From NCBI GenBank assembly GCA_963665485.1, contig OY762227.1, positions 2,864,784 through 2,928,783 on the forward strand: a stretch of DNA of 64,000 nt, read 5' to 3'. The notes beneath the pieces were generated by a model that was not told the DNA's origin, did not search any database, and worked only from the letters and a program-made list of their open reading frames with translations. This document shows, piece after piece, positions 59,855-64,000 of the stretch. A program made the position numbers and the translations under genes. The stretch comes from Bacteroidales bacterium (GTDB lineage Bacteria; Bacteroidota; Bacteroidia; Bacteroidales; UBA4417). How positions within the stretch are numbered: the stretch's first letter is position 1; each line of letters starts with the position of its first letter.

Positions 59855-60241
59855 TTACTTTCCTTTTACTTTGGTAAACTCTGCTTCTGAAACAATTATT
59901 CCTTGGCTGACCAGTGATATTTTTATTCGTTCCGGATTAATAATCACCAACTTGCTCTGAGTATTTCCTGCTCTTGGATTTCCATATATTATCAGGTTGT
60001 TTCCTTCCGCTAATGGATTATAACTATACATATCCCTGATTGTATCATCAACTAAAAGTCGCTCTCCGTTTATTCTCAGGTAATACTCGCCTTCAGGTGT
60101 AAATTCAATTGCAGCATTGGGGGTAGTGGTATTTTGCCAGATTCCGATAATAGGTGATTTATCCACTTTCGTTTGCTTGTTAGTGCATCCAGCCAGGATG
60201 GCGACGATGAGACCAACCAATAAAAATTTTGAAATTTTCAT
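59855..60241 (-). CDS. Hypothetical lipoprotein (lipocalin-like)
   Basis: Lipobox LAGC; IIGIW motif. Confidence 0.7.
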   Translation of the reverse strand: MKISKFLLVGLIVAILAGCTNKQTKVDKSPIIGIWQNTTTPNAAIEFTPEGEYYLRINGERLLVDDTIRDMYSYNPLAEGNNLIIYGNPRAGNTQSKLVIINPERIKISLVSQGIIVSEAEFTKVKGK

Positions 60242-60416
60242 ATTTAATGGATATTAAAAGCAAAAGTGAAAATCGAACGGATATTCTCTCTTTATATTTT
60301 ACTTAACTGCTTGAAATCAGATAACTAACTGGCATCCAGTTTGGAATTTATGCATCTGGCTTAATTAAGGTAAATTCATTCCTGTTTTTGTCAGATTTTA
60401 ATCCAGCCGGGATTTT

Positions 60417-61184
60417 CTAATAACTTAACCCCCAAAACCAGGGTTCCTCCGCGGCTTTTCGCTCTTTTATCTGCTTGGCAACCAGATTAGTATATTCGGC
60501 CTTGTTGATTTTTTTACCTTTAATTTTTACAGGTACATCAAGTTCGGTGGTTAAAGGCTTAATGTCAATTTTATCGGCGGTCATAATAAGAGCACCATTG
60601 TTTATGTCAACTTCAAGTATGATTCCCGGCAGGCCGATAAAGCGGTCGGGGCCGGTACTTACGGGCATATCAAGCGCGAACCATGCAAAGATATTCTGGT
60701 TTCTCAGTGTGTCGCTCATCGAAGCATTCATACAGATATGGCCGGCCACTTCCTTCATGTCATTCAATATTTTCCACGCCGGAGGTACTATGGAATCGTG
60801 TACTAGGTATGTTTTCCCCATTAGAGTAATACCATCATAAAGGGTATAATCTTTGAAATTGCACTTCATAAAAAAGGTCTCCTTACGGTTGCTCCAGCCT
60901 TCGTTTCCGGGTTCGGCTTCTTCTTCTGAATTTTCGTATTTCGATTCGCTAGTATTAAAATGTAAAAGTGTATAACTCTTCCATTCCGAACGGTTTCCCC
61001 ACATATACATCATGCGGTCACGCTGTTGTTTGCTTAAATATTCAACCGAAGCCATCATTTTTGCCCAGTTTTGTGTCCGCAGGTATCTTATATTTCCTTC
61101 CAGGGTTTGAGCTTTGAGTTGAATGGCTTGAAAACTCATTAGAAATAGTATTGCTATAAAATAAACCTGTATTTTCCTTTTCAT
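60417..61184 (-). CDS. GLPGLI family protein
   Basis: WKI....KEVAGH.C..A, AWFA...P...GP..F.GLPGII. Confidence 0.9.
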   Translation of the reverse strand: MKRKIQVYFIAILFLMSFQAIQLKAQTLEGNIRYLRTQNWAKMMASVEYLSKQQRDRMMYMWGNRSEWKSYTLLHFNTSESKYENSEEEAEPGNEGWSNRKETFFMKCNFKDYTLYDGITLMGKTYLVHDSIVPPAWKILNDMKEVAGHICMNASMSDTLRNQNIFAWFALDMPVSTGPDRFIGLPGIILEVDINNGALIMTADKIDIKPLTTELDVPVKIKGKKINKAEYTNLVAKQIKERKAAEEPWFWGLSY

Positions 61185-61258
61185 ACTATACGTATTTTGA
61201 CTTAAAGTTAATTGTACTGAGATTTTGACTGATAATCCGGAAACTTGCCAGGATGTTT

Positions 61259-64000
61259 TTACATGAAACGGTTTTTCTGGATTTTATTCTCAAAGCCTTT
61301 CATGTTGTAGGTTAAACTCAACATAAAGTAACGTGCTAATGTGTTGGTTTTAGTAGTTTGAATATAATTACTTGCCGCATATTGGCTAATGTTTATATTT
61401 TTATCAAAAATGTCGAATGCGGCAATACGCATTTCAAATTTATTTTTCTTGCCCATAATCCGCCTCACTGATGCATTCCATAAAGGGAAAGACTGGTCGA
61501 AACCGTATTTTTCATTCTTAAATATGGAATAATTGAAATTACTTTCGAAAAACATCCGTTTTATGAATTGCCATTTCACAGAGGATTGCAGCGTGTAATT
61601 GTAAAAATCCTGGTTATATTCTTCAAGGATATTGTACTTTATTTTGTTGAGAGAGCCATCGAAACCTGCAGTGAGAACAAGTTTTGTACCTGGAGTAAAA
61701 TTAATATTGCTTCCAAAATTATACCCTTTTGACATTGTATGGTCCAGGGTTTCTATTATACGGATGGGCGAATTATCATAGGTAACTCCTCCGTTAAAAT
61801 CGATGGTCAGCTTGGTTTTGATGATGGGTACATTTGCCCATATCCATGAACTTAGATTATTGCTGTTGTCCATGTTTTCGGGCGTTGAAATGGTAACAAT
61901 ACTCTTTCCCGGTTCATTAAGAATAATCTGGTTATAAATTATTGGGTTTTCAGTTAAACCAATATTAACACTCAACCCTACATTGGCAAATGATGAAGGA
62001 TTCCAATAATATAGTCCTGTGTTAATATTATGTGAACGTACAGGAACCAGGTCAGGGTTTCCCACAACCTGGTACGCCGGATTCCGCATGTTTTTAATCG
62101 GCTGCAGGTCACTGAATTCGGGCGCTGATATGTTATTTGCGTATCCAACCTCCAATCTCAAATGGTTCTTGAATTCATAATTTAAATTGAGATTGGGTGT
62201 TAAATTGGGGTAGTTTTTGGCTACGCCTATGGAATCCCACTGCTCACCTTTGGCAAGTGAATATTTCCCGTTAAGCTTTAACTGTTGGGCGGCAAAACCA
62301 ATGGAGGCATTAATCCCGTTAAACGAGTATCTCAGAACAGTACCCAGCCTGTTGTACTGTGTTACCTGCTCATAATAATTACTCAGGCTGTCGATATGTT
62401 GTACAGATCCAAATGGATAAGTCTGTGTATTACTATTGTTGGTCAGGGTACTGAAATTATAGAAAAACTCAAGATAGAGTTTTTTGGACAAAGGTTCGGT
62501 ATAAAGCGCGCTGGATTTAATTTCTCTCGCATTCTTGTTGTTATCGACAAACTGCCTGATTTGCCCTGTAGGTGTAAGTGCATCGAAAAACTTGTTGATT
62601 GAACTATAATTCTCGGTTCCATCATATACATTGGCATTATAACCACCACTTATTGCAAAGGACCGGCCTTTCTTTTTGAAAAGATGTCGGTAAATGGCTG
62701 CAGACGTTATTTTATAGGATGCCAGATCCGAATTATTGTCAAGGTTAAGTGAGTTAGAAGGTTGAAGTTGATAATCAGTAAACTGCTGGCTGTTTATATT
62801 ATGATTAGTATTGGACGAGAACCTCAGATTTGCTTTTACGATAAGCCTGTTACTTGAGTCGAATTCCTGCTCAAACCGGGTTCCAATGCTGTGGCTCGAC
62901 CTGAAATCGGAATTATTTAACGTGTCTTGTTTTGCAAATGTTGAATCTTTACCAACAAAAGTTTGCCTTAAACTGGTTTGGAGGAAATCGAGCTGAGTCT
63001 GGTTGAAAAAGTAGCTGGAGTTAAATTTGGTCTTTTTATTATCATAATTAAAGTTGGTTCCGGCGCCGAAATTCTTTGTCAAACCTTTTCCATCGTAATT
63101 ATTTAGCGGAGAACCGTCGCTGCTAAAATAATAAAATCCACGGCCATAACTATTAAACCCGAAGTCGCCGTTATCAAATTCGTTGAAAGAGTTGTTGCCT
63201 TTAAATTCGCCATAATCTTCCCAGTTTACACCGGTTTGATTAATATTATTGCCGTAGCCTATAACAGAGAATTGAGTTTTGTCGTTAAAACGGTTGTAGT
63301 TGGCACGGCCGGCCCAACGTTCCTCGTTGCCGGCAGCTACCGAAACTTTTCCGAAAGCGCCTTTCTTGAATTCTTCTTTCAACTCCAGATTCATGGCTTT
63401 TTCTTTTGAGCCATCATCCACACCTGTAAGTTTCGACTGTTCGGATTTTTCGTTATAAACCTGTACTTTCGAAATAGCTTCGGCTCCCAGGTTTTTGGTA
63501 ATACTTTTAGGGTCATCGCCAAAAAATGTTTTTCCATCTACATACAATCGCTTTACATCCTTGCCTTGTGTGCTTATATTTCCATCAGCGTCAACATCTA
63601 TTCCGGGTAACCTGCGCAGCAAGTCTTCAACTGTTGATCCAGTCGGAATTTTGAAAGTTGAAGCATCATATTCAACTGTATCGCCTTTGATACGCAAAGG
63701 TGCTTTGGCTGCCCGTATAACCACTTCCATCAGCATCTGGGAAATTGGTTTCATGGTAATAACAGGCAAATTATTGATGTTAGTTGAAGATGGCTCTAAA
63801 AGTTTCTGCACAGGCAAAAAACTCATATGCTGAACTTTCAGCAGGTAAGTACTGTTTTTTACATTGTTGAATGCAAACTCACCCTTGTCGTTACTCGACA
63901 GGAAATTAACCAGGGAAGAGTCGGCATGGTTGAGCAACATTACAGTTGCAAATGGAATAGCTACATGCATTGTATCCTGCAAAGTTCCTTTGATAGAAGT
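61259..64000 (-). CDS. Large outer-membrane beta-barrel / TonB-receptor-like protein with carboxypeptidase-regulatory-like N-domain (5' truncated)
   Basis: KGDTVEYDA..F, EDLLRRLPG, VDGK.FFG.DP, GNPDL.P, RYFMLSLTYN; frame open to the window edge. Confidence 0.85.
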   Translation of the reverse strand, partial: TSIKGTLQDTMHVAIPFATVMLLNHADSSLVNFLSSNDKGEFAFNNVKNSTYLLKVQHMSFLPVQKLLEPSSTNINNLPVITMKPISQMLMEVVIRAAKAPLRIKGDTVEYDASTFKIPTGSTVEDLLRRLPGIDVDADGNISTQGKDVKRLYVDGKTFFGDDPKSITKNLGAEAISKVQVYNEKSEQSKLTGVDDGSKEKAMNLELKEEFKKGAFGKVSVAAGNEERWAGRANYNRFNDKTQFSVIGYGNNINQTGVNWEDYGEFKGNNSFNEFDNGDFGFNSYGRGFYYFSSDGSPLNNYDGKGLTKNFGAGTNFNYDNKKTKFNSSYFFNQTQLDFLQTSLRQTFVGKDSTFAKQDTLNNSDFRSSHSIGTRFEQEFDSSNRLIVKANLRFSSNTNHNINSQQFTDYQLQPSNSLNLDNNSDLASYKITSAAIYRHLFKKKGRSFAISGGYNANVYDGTENYSSINKFFDALTPTGQIRQFVDNNKNAREIKSSALYTEPLSKKLYLEFFYNFSTLTNNSNTQTYPFGSVQHIDSLSNYYEQVTQYNRLGTVLRYSFNGINASIGFAAQQLKLNGKYSLAKGEQWDSIGVAKNYPNLTPNLNLNYEFKNHLRLEVGYANNISAPEFSDLQPIKNMRNPAYQVVGNPDLVPVRSHNINTGLYYWNPSSFANVGLSVNIGLTENPIIYNQIILNEPGKSIVTISTPENMDNSNNLSSWIWANVPIIKTKLTIDFNGGVTYDNSPIRIIETLDHTMSKGYNFGSNINFTPGTKLVLTAGFDGSLNKIKYNILEEYNQDFYNYTLQSSVKWQFIKRMFFESNFNYSIFKNEKYGFDQSFPLWNASVRRIMGKKNKFEMRIAAFDIFDKNINISQYAASNYIQTTKTNTLARYFMLSLTYNMKGFENKIQKNRFM

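Noticed and set aside
429-63833. The many short ORFs nested in or antisense to the called genes
   Set aside because: They are shadow frames of well-supported CDSs with no independent motifs.

Overview
AT-rich chromosomal window from a Bacteroidota bacterium, most likely Bacteroidales. The evidence is TAnnTTTG promoter boxes, T9SS C-terminal domains, a DUF5103 plug protein, a GLPGLI protein and Rho with an N-terminal insertion. It is mostly core genome: dnaX, rpsF-rpsR-rplI, proAB, wecB, radC, rpsT, pcm, rho, tig-clpP-clpX, gcvT, comB, tRNA-Glu(UUC) and tRNA-Leu(UAG), plus glycosidases, transporters and secreted proteins. I saw no prophage, transposase, integrase or CRISPR array. The most interesting signals are: (1) an orphan protein of about 500 aa combining an RNAP alphaCTD-like fold, a sigma70 region-4 HTH, two winged helices, an AT-hook-like motif and a possible clamp-binding tail; (2) a 102-103 bp tandem array after tRNA-Leu that repeats the tRNA 3' end together with a terminator and an antisense copy of that end; (3) an accessory OMP gene bracketed by a 31-bp duplication of the rpsF promoter; (4) drifting 7/8-mer arrays abutting stop codons, and small palindromes nested inside other palindromes; (5) a candidate sRNA, candidate LytTR operator repeats, a Shine-Dalgarno in front of rplI, and a 41-aa lipoprotein missing from the ORF track. 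All family calls come from motif recognition by eye; no searches were run.
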